In this document: in pieces, positions 45,019 to 56,600 of the stretch | Position numbering within the stretch: position 1 is the first letter of the stretch | How the letters are laid out: each line of letters begins with the position of its first letter | NCBI GenBank assembly: GCA_965240325.2 | Contig: OZ251233.1 | Span: 310,001-374,000, forward strand | Length of the DNA stretch: 64,000 nucleotides | Reading direction: 5' to 3' | Source of the DNA: Rebecca billardiae RCC1528 | Taxonomy: Eukaryota; Protista; Haptophyta | Made by a program: the position numbers and the translations under genes | The notes under the pieces: generated by a model | Seen by the model: only the letters and a program-made list of their open reading frames with translations | The model's database searches: none | Told to the model about the DNA's origin: nothing

Positions 45019-47614
45019 ATGGAGCGATACCTCAAAGTCGAGACGATCGGCCGCGGCTCGTACGCCAAGGTCAAGAAGGTGAAGCTCGCCGTCTCGGGCG
45101 AGGTCTACGCGATGAAGGTGCGGCCGAGCGCCGGCGCGCCGCCCGCCCGGCGCGGCGGCGGCGGCGCGGCGCGCGCGCGCGCGCGGCGGGGCGGGTCGCA
45201 GGCCCGGAGCTCGCTCCGCGCGCACGCGCGCCCACGCGCGCGCGCGCCCTCCGCCCGCCCCGCGCGCGGGTGCGCGCGCGGCGCAGGTGGTCAAAAAGTC
45301 GCTGCTCAAGCGGCGGCGGCAGTGGAGCGCGGCCGAGGGGCGGTACAAGAACGCGTACGACGACGTGCTGCGCGAGGTGGCGCTGATGAAGAAGCTCAAC
45401 CACCCGAACGTGATCCGCATGCACGAGGTCGTCGACGACCCCGAGAAGGACAAGCTCTGCATCGTCCTCGACTACCACGAGAACGGCGCGCTGATGGACA
45501 CGAGCTGCCTGCCAGACGACCCGATCGCGCCGCTCTCGCGCGAGGACTGCCGCCGCTTCTTCGCGGACGTGGTGGAGGGGCTGACGTACCTCCACTTCCA
45601 GAACGTCGTCCACTTCGACCTCAAGCCGGACAACGTGCTCGTCTCGAAGGAGCGGCGCGGCATCATCGCAGACTTTGGCGTGAGCCGCATGCTCGCCGAC
45701 GCGGACCGCGCGTCCGCCGGCGACGACGTGCTCACCTCGGGCTCGCCGGGCACGCCGATGTACCTGGCGCCCGAGGTGTGGGGCGACACGAAGTACTACG
45801 GCAAGACCGCCGACATCTGGTCGCTCGGCGTCACCCTCTTCGTCATGGTCTTCGGGTACACGCCGTTCCAAGTGGCCTCGCACGACGAGCTGGTCGAGGA
45901 GGTGACTCGACCGAGCCCGGTCAGAATACCCGCCGAGCTGCACGACGCCAAGCTGGGCGAGCTGCTGCAGGGGCTGCTGAGCAAGGACCCGAAGGCGCGG
46001 CTCTCGCTCGCCGACGCCGCCTCGCACCCCTGGCTCGAGGCCGCGAACAAGCCGCGCGGCCTCGCACGGCAGTACTCGCGCATCACGGTGAACGCGGCCG
46101 AGATCCGGGCGGCCGTCACAATCGCCGGCCACGCCAACTCGTTCGCGCGCGACGCGGCGGGGCGGATCGTGAAGCGGACGCGGAAGGCGGAGCGCGACTG
46201 CTACGAGGCGATCACCGGCGGGGCGAAGGCCACGCGCTCCGGCCTCGCCGCCTTCGTCCCGCCGTACCACGGCGAGCTGACGAACGCTGACGCCGTGAGC
46301 TCGCTGCTGCCGTCGGGCGCGGCGAGCCCGCTGCGCGGCCGCGTGGGCACCGACACGCCCACCTCCTCGCCGCTCGCGCCCAAGCTCGGGAGCGGCCTCG
46401 GCGCGCGGCTCGGGCGCAGCTCGGACAGCAACTGCGTCTCGAGCGGCGGCGCCAGCTCCTCCTCGCTCCCGCCGCCGCAGCTCTCCGCCGCGCAGAGCAC
46501 GAGTGGCGCGCGCACGCCGCAGGCCAAGCCCGCGTCCGCCATCCCGATGCCGTCGGTGCTCGCGCAGATGTCCTCGACGTACGACATGCTCGGCCAGCTG
46601 AACACGCAGCTCTCCGGCGCGTCGATCGGCTCCGCGTCGAAGGGCAAGGGCGGCGACTCGGGCGAGCTCAAGGCGCTGTCCGGCGACGGGCGCGACACGT
46701 TCATCGTGCTGGACGACGTGACCGAGGGCATGGCTGACGCGTGCGTGATGGACATTAAGATGGGCACGCGCACATTCACCGACGTGCGCGCGCGCGGGCG
46801 GCACAGCCGCGGGTGCACGCCGGGGGGGCGGGGGGGGGGGGCGAGCCCTCCCCTCGTGCGCGCGCGGGCGAGCCGGCGCACCCCGCCACGCGGCTCCTGC
46901 GCTCACGCCGCGCTGCCCGCGCGCCCCGTGCCTGGCCGGCGTGCTGCGCGCCCGCTCCAGTCGGACATGCGCGACACGACGGCGCGCCCAGACTTGCTCG
47001 CCAAGATGGTCTCGCTCGACAAGAGCGCGCCGACGGAGGAGGAGCGGCGCGTGGGCGCGGTGACGAAGATGCGGTACCTCACCTTCCGCGAGTCGCTCAC
47101 CACCACCGCGCACCTCGGCTTCCGCATCGACGCGATGAAGATCGGCGACGATCCGAACCTCAACGACACGCCGCTCAACTTCAGGCGCGGCCCCACCGAC
47201 CCGACGGCCGTGCTGCGCGAGCTCACGCGCTTCGTGTGCAGCTCGAAGGAGGTGGCGGCGGCGTTCGCGAAGCGGCTGCGCGAGCTGCGCGCCGCGCTCG
47301 AGGCGGACACGTCCTTCTTCCCCACGTACACCCTCATCCGCTCCTCGCTGCTCTTCACCTACGACCACGCCGCCGTCGCGGGCGGCGGGCCGGGCGGCCG
47401 GCCGGAGGTGGGTGTGGGCGTGCACATGATTGACTTCTCGTCGTCAAAGCGCGTGCCGCCCGGCTCGGAGCCGCTCACGCACCGCGCGGCGTGGAGAGAG
47501 GGCTCGGCGGAGGACGGCTACTTGAACGGTGTCGACAACCTCATCGCCATGTTCGACAAAGTCGTCGCGGGCGAAACCGCATGGGACGCGCCGCCGCCAA
47601 CTGCGCGCGGCTAG
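45019..47614 (+). CDS. CaMKK/GRIK-type Ser/Thr kinase fused to an inositol-1,4,5-trisphosphate 3-kinase-like (IPK) domain; exons 45019-45117, 45287-46783 and 46961-47614
   Basis: Kinase motifs: IGRGSYAKV, YAMK, REVALMKKLNHPNVI...EVVDDP, HFDLKPDN, DFG, GTPMYLAPE, DIWSLGVT. IPK motifs: AGHANSF, VPPYHG, CVMDIKMGTRT, LGFRI, SSLLF, MIDF, EDGYL.G.DNL. Confidence 0.92.
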
Positions 47615-48132
47615 GCGAGCGCGTGGCGCGCGCGCGCGCGGCGGCACGCGCCTCGCCGATGGTCCGTCAGCCGTCCACGTGGTGCGGCGCCGAGGCCGCG
47701 CACGCGCGCCCAGGTGCTGCGCGGCGGCGGTGGCGGCGGAGGTGCTCGCGCCGGCGTCTCGGCCATGCGTAGGCGCAGCGTCGCTGCCCGCGTGGCCGTC
47801 AGCTGCTCGCGGCGAGTGACGCCTTGGCCTTGCGACGGAGCCTCGTCTGACGTCTGCGGAGTGCGGGCTGCGGTCTGGTCATCGCGCGGCGGAGCGCAGC
47901 GCCAGCAGTGTAAAACACTCGATCTGACAGCCTGGGGAACACCAGGCGATTCCAAGTGCCGACGCGACGGTTATTGTTCCGCCGCTACTATATTATTATA
48001 AGCAGCAGACCGGCGGTCTGCCGCGGGGGCCCCGTGATTGACTGATTCCGAGATTCGAGAACTAACTACTAATACGACTGCGCCGCCTGCCGGAGACTCC
48101 GGGTCCGGGAGACGCCGACATCAGCTATTAGC

Positions 48133-48184
<52 letters not shown>
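48133..48184 (+). repeat. (GA)n microsatellite
   Basis: About 26 uninterrupted GA units; a complementary (CT)n run lies at ~48523-48553. Confidence 0.95.
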
Positions 48185-48186
<2 letters not shown>

Positions 48187-48519
48187 ATAGCAGTCGTGAT
48201 TATACTACTAATAATATACTTTATAATATATATATAATAATAATAGTGCGCATCATCAGCTAAGAGACAACAGTGCGCTCGCGTCAGCGCACTGATAATT
48301 CATCTCGATATCTACGACCAGTAGTAGTCTCGTCTCTCATCTCGCTCATCTCTCGTGACTCTCGTCTACTATATACTCTCTCTCTACTCTGAGTCAGACT
48401 CTCTCCGGACTACAGCCGAGTGGCTCTGCTGTCTCTCTAGTCTCTCTCTGGCGGCTCTCTCTCTCACCGTCTCAGCTCGGCCTCGGGCTCCGTCTCACTC
48501 TCTCTCCGACGTCTGGCTC

Positions 48520-48556
<37 letters not shown>

Positions 48557-48853
48557 TCAATAACGACGTGGAAGCATCATGATGCAACGGGCAGGCGTCA
48601 GAACGTTTATTAGTCTAGCCGAGCAGTGAGTACAGTTAGCAGTCATGAAGCCTGCTAGTCAGGAATAATAAGTTAATACTCACGAGACGACGACTTTTCC
48701 GCTCGGATCAGCCTGTCGTCCCTGCTCGGACCGAGCATCCGCGCCGCCACAGTCTCCGCGCACATGTGACACGGTCGCACAGCACCGGGTTAGCCGAGCG
48801 CCACGTCGGCGCCCGGCTGACCGCCGCTGCCGGCCTTGACCTCAGTGTCCTCC

Positions 48854-49438
48854 TCATCCACTCCCACTGCTCGCTGCCATGACCAACGCGCCGAGCTGTC
48901 GCAGCGAGCTGGATACGACGCCCGTCAGCATGATCAGCGCCACCGCCCCGATGACCGGATTGTCGCCCGAGTTGAACTTGGTCGCGGGCAGGAAGGGCAG
49001 CGCGGCGGGCTTCCTGCCACCCTGCTGCTTGTCGGCCGAGCGCGCCTGCAGCCAGTCTCGGAAGAACCACCGCTCCGCGCCGCGCGAGTCGTCCGCCTCG
49101 ATCTCGTCGAGCAGCTGCTTCACCTCGCCCTGGCGCTTCGACTTGCTCAGCTCCAGCCGCTTCTGCGGCACGAGCACCTGGTCCCACACCACGTACCCGG
49201 TGGCCGTGAGCACCGTCACGAGCGCAAAGCCCGCGAGCTGCTCGGTCGGAGGCAGCTGCGCGCCGTACTCGGCAAGCATGGCGGGCTGCGCGCGCCGCCT
49301 GTCGCGAAGGGCGGCGCGCGGCGAGCTCTGTGGCAGGCGGGCGGCGGAGATCGTGGCGCGCTGCGCGTGCAGCGCGGCGGGTGCGGCGCCTGCCACCGAG
49401 AGCGCGGCGCACAGCACGGCCGGGGCGAGCATGACCAT
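48854..49438 (-). CDS. Small algal membrane protein of unknown function, probably plastid-targeted
   Basis: Signal-like N-terminus then an Arg/Ser/Ala-rich leader and two hydrophobic helices. WDQVLVPQKRLEL..SK..G, ERWFFRDWL and KFNSGDNPV resemble conserved algal hypothetical proteins (recollection). Start is 49438 or 49432. Confidence 0.72.
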   Translation of the reverse strand: MVMLAPAVLCAALSVAGAAPAALHAQRATISAARLPQSSPRAALRDRRRAQPAMLAEYGAQLPPTEQLAGFALVTVLTATGYVVWDQVLVPQKRLELSKSKRQGEVKQLLDEIEADDSRGAERWFFRDWLQARSADKQQGGRKPAALPFLPATKFNSGDNPVIGAVALIMLTGVVSSSLRQLGALVMAASSGSG

Positions 49439-49496
49439 CGTGACGACAAACGAGCAACTGGACGCGGAAGCTTCCCGCGTCTTTGCTTCCGGCAAG

Positions 49497-52400
49497 ATGG
49501 CAGAGTCCGGAAGTACTTGTGCAGCACCCCCAGCGTGGTCGTCCCGGAATTGCCGCGACGGAGCATCATCTTCCGCTTCCGCTTCGTCCATGGCGTCGAG
49601 CGGAATGGATGCCAACGCGTCGCCGACGCGGCCATCGAGCGCGCGTATCGTGGACGTGATCAGGGAGCGCATGGCGGAGGGCCGGCCGTGGTTCTCGCTC
49701 GAGGTGCACGGCCGCCCCGCGCCGCGCCGCCGCGCCAGGGCCCCGCGAACGCCGCCACGGTCGACTCACGCGCGCGCGAGCCTCGCCCTCCGCCCCGCGC
49801 GGCGCACGCGCGCGCGCGCGCGCGCGCGCAGTTCTTCCCGCCGCGCACAGAGGCGGGCGTGGTCAACCTGCAGGAGCGGATCATGCGCATGGCCCAGCTC
49901 CAGCCCGCCTTCGTCGACATCACCTGGACGGCAGGCGGCAAGTCGCACGACCTCTCGATCGAGCTCGCGCGCTTCTGCCTCGAGCAGGGGCTCCCGGTGC
50001 GTGCGGCCTCGCGCGCGCGAACGCGCCGGCCGGCCGGGCGCGGGTGGTCGAAGGCGGCGGTGGCGCGCGTGGGAGCCTGGCTGGCCTCGGGGCGAGCTGT
50101 CGCGCGGCGCCAGCCCAGCGCTGCGCGCGCCAGGCTGCGCGGCACGTGCTGAGCGCCCACCGGCGCGCGCCGCGCACGCACCTCTGTCCCCGCAGGCTCA
50201 GATGCACCTCTCGGTGGCCGGGATGGACGAGGCGGCGGTGCGCGACGCGCTCGACGCCGCGCGCAAGGCGGGCATCGTCAACATCCTCGCGCTCCGTGGC
50301 GACGCCGCCGCCCAGCCCGGCGAGGACGCGCCGCGCGTGAGCGCGTTCGCCCACGCCGTCGACCTGGTCCGATTCATCCGCGCGCACTATGGCGATGCGT
50401 TCTGTGTCGGCGTGGCGGGTGCGCGCCGCGTGCGCGCGGCCGCGCGGGAGGGCTGGGCACAGCGCGCCGCCCCGCTGCGCGCGGCCGAGCGCGGCCGCGC
50501 GCGCCCACACCGCGCCGAGCCGCACGCCTCCTTCGCCTCCCCGCCCTCCTTGCCGTGCCTTTGGTGCGCGCGCGCCGTGCGTGTGCGTGTGCGTGTGCGT
50601 GTGCGTGTGCGTGTGCGTGTGCGTGTGCGTGTGCGTGTGCGTGTGCGTGTGCGTGTGCGCGTGCGCCGTGCGTGTGTGCGTGTGCGTGTGCGTGTGTGTG
50701 TGTGCAGGCTACCCGGAGGGGCACGCGGAGAGCCCTTCGTACGAGGAGGGCATGGCCCACCTCAAGGAGAAGGTGGACGCGGGCGGCGAGTACGTGATCA
50801 CGCAGCAGTTCTTCAACGTCGCGCGCTTCGAGGCCTTCCTCAAGGACTGCGCGGCCGCCGGTGCGGCGGCAGCGCGCGCGGCACGTGCGGCGGTGCCGCG
50901 CCCGCGGTGCCGGGCGCGCCCCGCTGCTGGCGGCGCGCGCGCTCACGGCTGCTGCGCCGCCGCCGCCGCCGCGCGCCGCCCCGGCAGGCATCAGCGTGCC
51001 CGTCATCCCGGGCGTGATGCCCATCCACAACTACGAGTCCTTCCGACGGATCGTGCGCTTCTGCCGCACGGATGTGCCGCCGCCCGTGATGCAGCGGCTC
51101 GGCCCAATCAAGAACGACGACGAGGCGGTCAAGGTGCGCAGCATGCGGCGCGCGCGCGCGGAGTTGCACGCGCGGAGCGCGCGCCGCTCGCTGCCGCGCG
51201 CTGGGACTCGCCGCACGCGGCAGCACGGCGCGGCCGGTGCACGCGGCGCCTGCGCCGCCTCGACCGCCCACCCACCGAGCTGCCGCCCCCGGCCCCACGC
51301 CTGCCGCCCGCCCGCGCAGGCGTACGGCACCGAGCTGGGCGTCTCGATGTGCCAGCAGCTGTTTGCGCACGGCGTGCGCGGCGTGCAGTTCTACACGCTC
51401 AACCTCGAGAAGTGCGTGACGGACATCCTCACCTCGCTCGGATTCGCGCGCGGGCCGGGTGCGCGGCGCGCGCGCGCCGCGGCGCCGCGCACGCGCCGTC
51501 GGCCGCGCCTGCCCCCGCGCGCGCTGAGGCGGCGCGCCCGCTCGGCCGCGCGCGCGCGCGCGCGCAGCCACGCGCGAGGTGCCGTGGCCGCTCGCGCGCA
51601 ACAGCTCAGGCAAGGGCGAGAGCGTGCGGCCGATCTTCTGGGCCAACAGGCCGCAGTCGTACGTGAGCCGCACCGCTCACTGGGACGAGTTTCCCAACGG
51701 CCGCTGGGGCGATCAGCGGTGTGCGCGCGCCGCCGCCCAGCCGCGCACGAGGCCCGCCCAGGAGGATGCCATCGCAAAGTACCATCAAATGCTGACGCAG
51801 CGCGACGCTGCATGCAGACACACCGCTTTTTGCTCGCTGACTGGCTGGCCACGCCCGCCGCGGCCGCGGCCGCGGCACGGCGCGCGCAGCCAGCCCGCGC
51901 CGGCCGCGCGCACCACGCTCACGGCCGCTGCCCCGCGCCGCCCCCGGTGCCGGCGGCGCCGCGCGGCGCGCGCGCGCGCCGGTGCACAGCTCGCCCGCGT
52001 TCGGCGACCTCACCTCGTACCACATGGCCAAGCTGCACGCCGTCAAGTCCTCCGAGCGCCGCGCGGCGTGGGGCCACGAGCTCAGCTCGGTCGACGACGT
52101 GTGCGCGACGTTTGTGCGGTGCGCGCGGCCGTGCGGCCGCGGCCGCGGCCGCGATCGAGCCGCGCGCGCGCCCGTCGCCTGCGCCAACGCCGACCGAGCG
52201 GTGCGCGGCGCCCCCGTGCTCGCGCGCCCCGCCCTCCCGCAGCTACGTGCGCGGGCAGATCCCGATGCTGCCGTGGTGCGAGCTCGCCCTCGCCACCGAG
52301 TCGGAGCGCATCGTCGACGGTCTGGTGCAGCTGAACGCGTGCGGCATGCTCACCATCAACTCGCAGCCCGCGGTCGACGGCGCGCGCTCAGACGACCCCG

Positions 52401-53069
52401 AAGTGGGCTGGGGAGGGCCCGGCGGGTGCGCGCGCGCGCGCGCGTGCGCGCAGGGCGGGGCGTGTCGGCCGTGTCGGAGCGGGGGGCTGCTCGGCCCACG
52501 CGGCGCGCGCACACCGCGCACGCCGCGCTGCGCCGCGCCGTGCCGCCCGCGCGCCGCCCCGCCTCGTCGTCCGACTCGCGCGCCGCCCCGCCGCGCCGCC
52601 CACCCGCCCGGCCCGCGCGCGCAGCTACGTGTACCAGAAGGCCTACATCGAGATGTTCGTCTCGGCGCAGACGCTCGCGGCGCTGCAGGCGGCGATGCCG
52701 CGGTACCCGACGCTGAGCTACCAGGCCCTCAACATGGCGGGCGAGCTGAAGCACAACCTCGCGCCCGACGCGGAGGGCGACGTGTCGGGCTGCGTGTGCG
52801 CCGTCACGTGGGGCGTGTTCCCTGGGCGCGAGGTGGTGCAGCCGACGGTGGTGGACCCGGTCGCGTTCCGCTCGTGGAAGGAGGAGGCGTTCGACCTGTG
52901 GCTCTCGCAGTGGGGCTCGCTGTACGAGCACGGCTCGAGGTCGTACGAGGTGATCCGCGCCATCCACGACAGCTACTACCTGCTGTGCGTGGTGGACAAC
53001 GAGTACAAGGGCGGCGACATCCTCGCCATCTTCAGAGAGGTGGCGGGCTCGAGCATCTCCGCGGAGTGA
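49497..53069 (+). CDS. MTHFR: Eukaryotic methylenetetrahydrofolate reductase, 10 exons: 49497-49703, 49832-49996, 50196-50418, 50708-50860, 50988-51133, 51320-51458, 51568-51718, 51990-52118, 52243-52425, 52625-53069
   Basis: FSLEFFPPRT, NILALRGD, GVAGYPEGH, LKEKVDAG..YVITQ, FYTLN, VRPIFWANRP, WDEFPNGRWGD, TINSQP, GWGGPGGYVYQKAY, AVTWGVFPGREVVQPTVVD. All nine introns are GT-AG and preserve frame. The start could alternatively be 49590. Confidence 0.96.
50577..50705 (+). repeat. (GTGCGT)n microsatellite in MTHFR intron 3, running up to the acceptor
   Basis: Alternating purine-pyrimidine hexamer tract ending in TGCAG at 50707. Confidence 0.92.
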
Positions 53070-53659
53070 GCCGCGCGCGCAGCAGCAGCCACGGGCACGG
53101 GCATCTGCTCTGCGCGCGTGCGGCCGGGTCACATGCCGCGCGTGCTCGGTGACGCTGCGAGGTCCTGCTACTGGCGGGTGTGCTGCGAGTGCGGCGGCAC
53201 TCGTTCAGTCGTTGCGCGGGCTGAGAGTCGCCGCTGCTCGGCACTGGCAGCACGGCGGGCCTCAGTGCGGTGCTGTCCGCGTCGACTCGAAGTCGTCGTC
53301 TTAGCCTTAGCAGCGCAGCTAGCAGACGATCGATCGACAGTGACGACAGCGCGCAGCAGCGCGCATTATTGCTGATGATGCTGCTGCTGACGATATTGTT
53401 ATTGACGCCTAATTGTAACGGGTCGTGGCGGACTACGCGACGACGATGGAAACAATATGTATCATCAATAATACATTTATTTATTCAATACTATCATACT
53501 GATGTAGCAGATGCGATATGACGATGATGACCAGGGTGATGAATGGCGTGATCAGTACACGCGCGGCACTGATACGCGACAACATGATGATGATGATGAT
53601 GGGCGCGCCTGCATCGGAGCTCGGCGCCGATCCGCCGTACTCAGAGTACTGCACACGGG

Positions 53660-56600
53660 CTAGAAGCGGAACTGGTGCCGCACCTCAGCCTCCTCGGGCG
53701 GCACGCAGTCCTTGGGGCACAGGTTGAAGTGGCCGAAGAGCAGCCGGTGAGACTTGTGGCGCCGGCCGGACGGGCGCGCCGCCGTCTTCTCCGTGCCGCG
53801 CTGGACGCAGCCCGGCGGGCACAGGTTCTCGGGCGGGCACTCCGGCAGGCGCGCCGGCTCGAGGACAGCGCCAGGGGGCAGCGGGCTCGTCCCGCAGATC
53901 TTGGACCCAGTCACGTTCCTGCGCCACGCGCGCGGGCACGTACGGGGAGATGGACGCAGATGGCGGGTCAGCGCGAGCGTGTGGCGCGGTGCGCACCGTC
54001 GTGAGGCGCGTGCGGTCGCACGCAACAAGCGCGCGCGCGCACATGAGACGGAGGGAGGTGAGCTGGCCGAGCGAGTTCGGCAGCGAGCCGCGCATCAGGG
54101 TGGAGGACATGTCGATGCGCGTGACGTTGACGAGCCTGCCCAGCTGCGCGGGCACGGTGGAGGTGAGGTCCAGCTCAGAGAGGTCGAGGCGGCGCAGCTC
54201 GGTGAGCAGCCCGATCTCGGACGGCACACGCCCGACCAGCCGGTTGCGCGAGAGGTCGAGGTCCGTGATCGTGCGCAGGTTGCCGATCTCCGCGGGGATG
54301 GAGTCGCTGAAGAGGTTGCCGGCAAGGTTGAGCGTGTTCCACTGCATGCTGTCGAGCACGATCCAATTGTCGTGCGCGTCGCCACCGCCGCGGCCCCGGG
54401 TTGCACCAGTCTTGGACCTCCCTGGCTTGTGCAGGTGCCCGCTGAGCGCGTTGTCGTTCAGGATCAGCGTGAGCGCCCGCCGCGGGCCGAGGCTGCTCGG
54501 CAGCCCGCCGGTGAGATGGTTGTTCGAGAAGTCGTAGTACGTCACGTCGAAGAACGAGTCGACGTGGAACTGCCCCACGATCGAGTTGTTCGAGGCGTCG
54601 AGGTGGCGCAGCGTTGTGATGGGCCCGATGTGCGTAGGGATCGAGCCGCACATCTGGTTGTGCGCCACGTTGAGGTGGCGGAGGGTGCAGAGGTCGTCGG
54701 GCGGCGGCGGCGGGAACTTGGTGTGGAACTCGCCGCTGATCTTGTTGCGCGAGTAGTCGCCGTAGTCGATGTCGAAGAAGGAGTCCACCTGGAAGGAGTT
54801 GCCCGGCACGCTCAGGCGAGTGAGCGTCGTGATCTGCGCGAGCTCGGTCGGCAGCAGGCCGTGGAAAGAGTTGTCGCCCAGCTCGAGGGTAGTCAGCCCG
54901 TGGGTGATAGAACCGAGCTCGGTCGGCAGCACGCCCGTGAAAGAGTTGCCCGAGATGTCGAAGTACGAGACGTCGAAGAACGAGTCGATGTTGAAGTTGC
55001 CACGGATCGAGTTGTTGGCGATGTCGAGGTGGCGCAGCGTCGTGATCGGGCCGATGTCCGTCGGGATCGTGCCGCCCAGCTGGTTGTTTGCCGCGCGCAG
55101 AGTTCTGTAGCGGCACTCGCCGCCCGGCGCGGGCGGCGGCCACTTGTCCTGGAACGCTCCGCGGAGCCGGTTGCGCGAGTAGTCGCCGTAGTCGATGTCG
55201 AAGAAGGAGTCGACGTTGAACGAGTTGCCCGGCACGCTCAGGTGAGTGAGCGTAGTGATCTGCGCGAGCTCGGTCGGCAGCAGGCCGTGGAAAGAGTTGT
55301 CGCCCAGCGAGAGGTGGGCCAGCGACGTGCGGAACCCGATGGTCGACGGGATGGAGCCTTTCATCGAGTTGGAGCTCAGGTCCACGTGGGCCAGGCGGCG
55401 GCCGATACGCGCGCCGGCGCCCACCTCTGTCCATCGGCCGACGTTGCCCGTCAGGCGGTTGCCCGAGCCGTCAAAGTACTCGATGTCGAAGAACGAGTCG
55501 ATGTTGAACCCGCCACCGATCGAGTTGTTGGCGATGTCGAGGTGGCGCAGCGTCGTGATCGGGCCGATGCGCGTCGGGATCGTGCCGACCAGGCCGTTGT
55601 TCGCCACACGCAGACTTCTGTAGCGGCACTCGCCGGTGTCCGGAGGCGGCGGCCACTTGTTCTGGAACGCACCGGTGATCTGGTTGCGCGAGTAGTCGCC
55701 GTAGTCGATGTCGAAGAAGGAGTCGACGTTGAACGAGTTGCCCGGCACGCTCAGGTGCGTGAGCGTGGTGATCTGCGCCAGCTCGGTCGGCAGCAGGCCC
55801 CGGAGCGAGTTGTCGCCCAGCGAGAGGTAAACGATGTTGGTGGTGACGCCGAGCTCGGTCGCCAGCGTGCCGGTGAGCGAGTTGCCCGAGCCGTCAAAGT
55901 AGGAGATGTCGAAGAACGAGTCGATGCGGAAGTTGCCGCTGATCGAGTTGTTGGCAATGTCCAGGTGGCGCAGCGTCGTGATCGGCCCAATGTCCGTCGG
56001 GATCGTGCCGCCCAGCTGGTTGTTCGCCACACGCAGAGTTCTGTAGCGGCAATCGTCGGTCCCAGGCGGCGGCCACTTCCTGTGGAACGCACCGGTGATC
56101 TTGTTGCGCGAGTAGTCGCTGTAGTCGATGTCGAAGAAGGAGTCGACGTTGAACGAGTTGCCCGGCACGCTCAGGTGTGTGAGCGTGGTGATCTGCGCGA
56201 GCTCGGTCGGCAGCAGGCCCCGGAGCGAGTTGTCGCCCAGCGAGAGGTAAACGATGTTGGTGGTGACGCCGAGCTCGGTCGGCACCGTGCCGGTGAGCGA
56301 GTTGCCCGAGCCGTCAAAGTACGAGACGTCGAAGAACGAGTCGATGTTGAAGCTGCCACCGATCGAGTTGTTGGCGATGTCGAGATGGCGCAGCGTCGTG
56401 ACCGGCCCGACGCGCGTCGGGATCGTGCCGCCCAGCTGGTTGTTCGCCACGTTGAGCCAGCCGATGACACAATTGTCGTCAGGGTCGGGCGGCGGCCACA
56501 TTGCGTGGAAGTCACCGGTGATCTTGTTGCGCGAGTAGTCGCCGTAGTCGATGTCGAAGAAGGAGTCGACGTTGAACGAGTTGCCCGGCACGCTCAGGTG

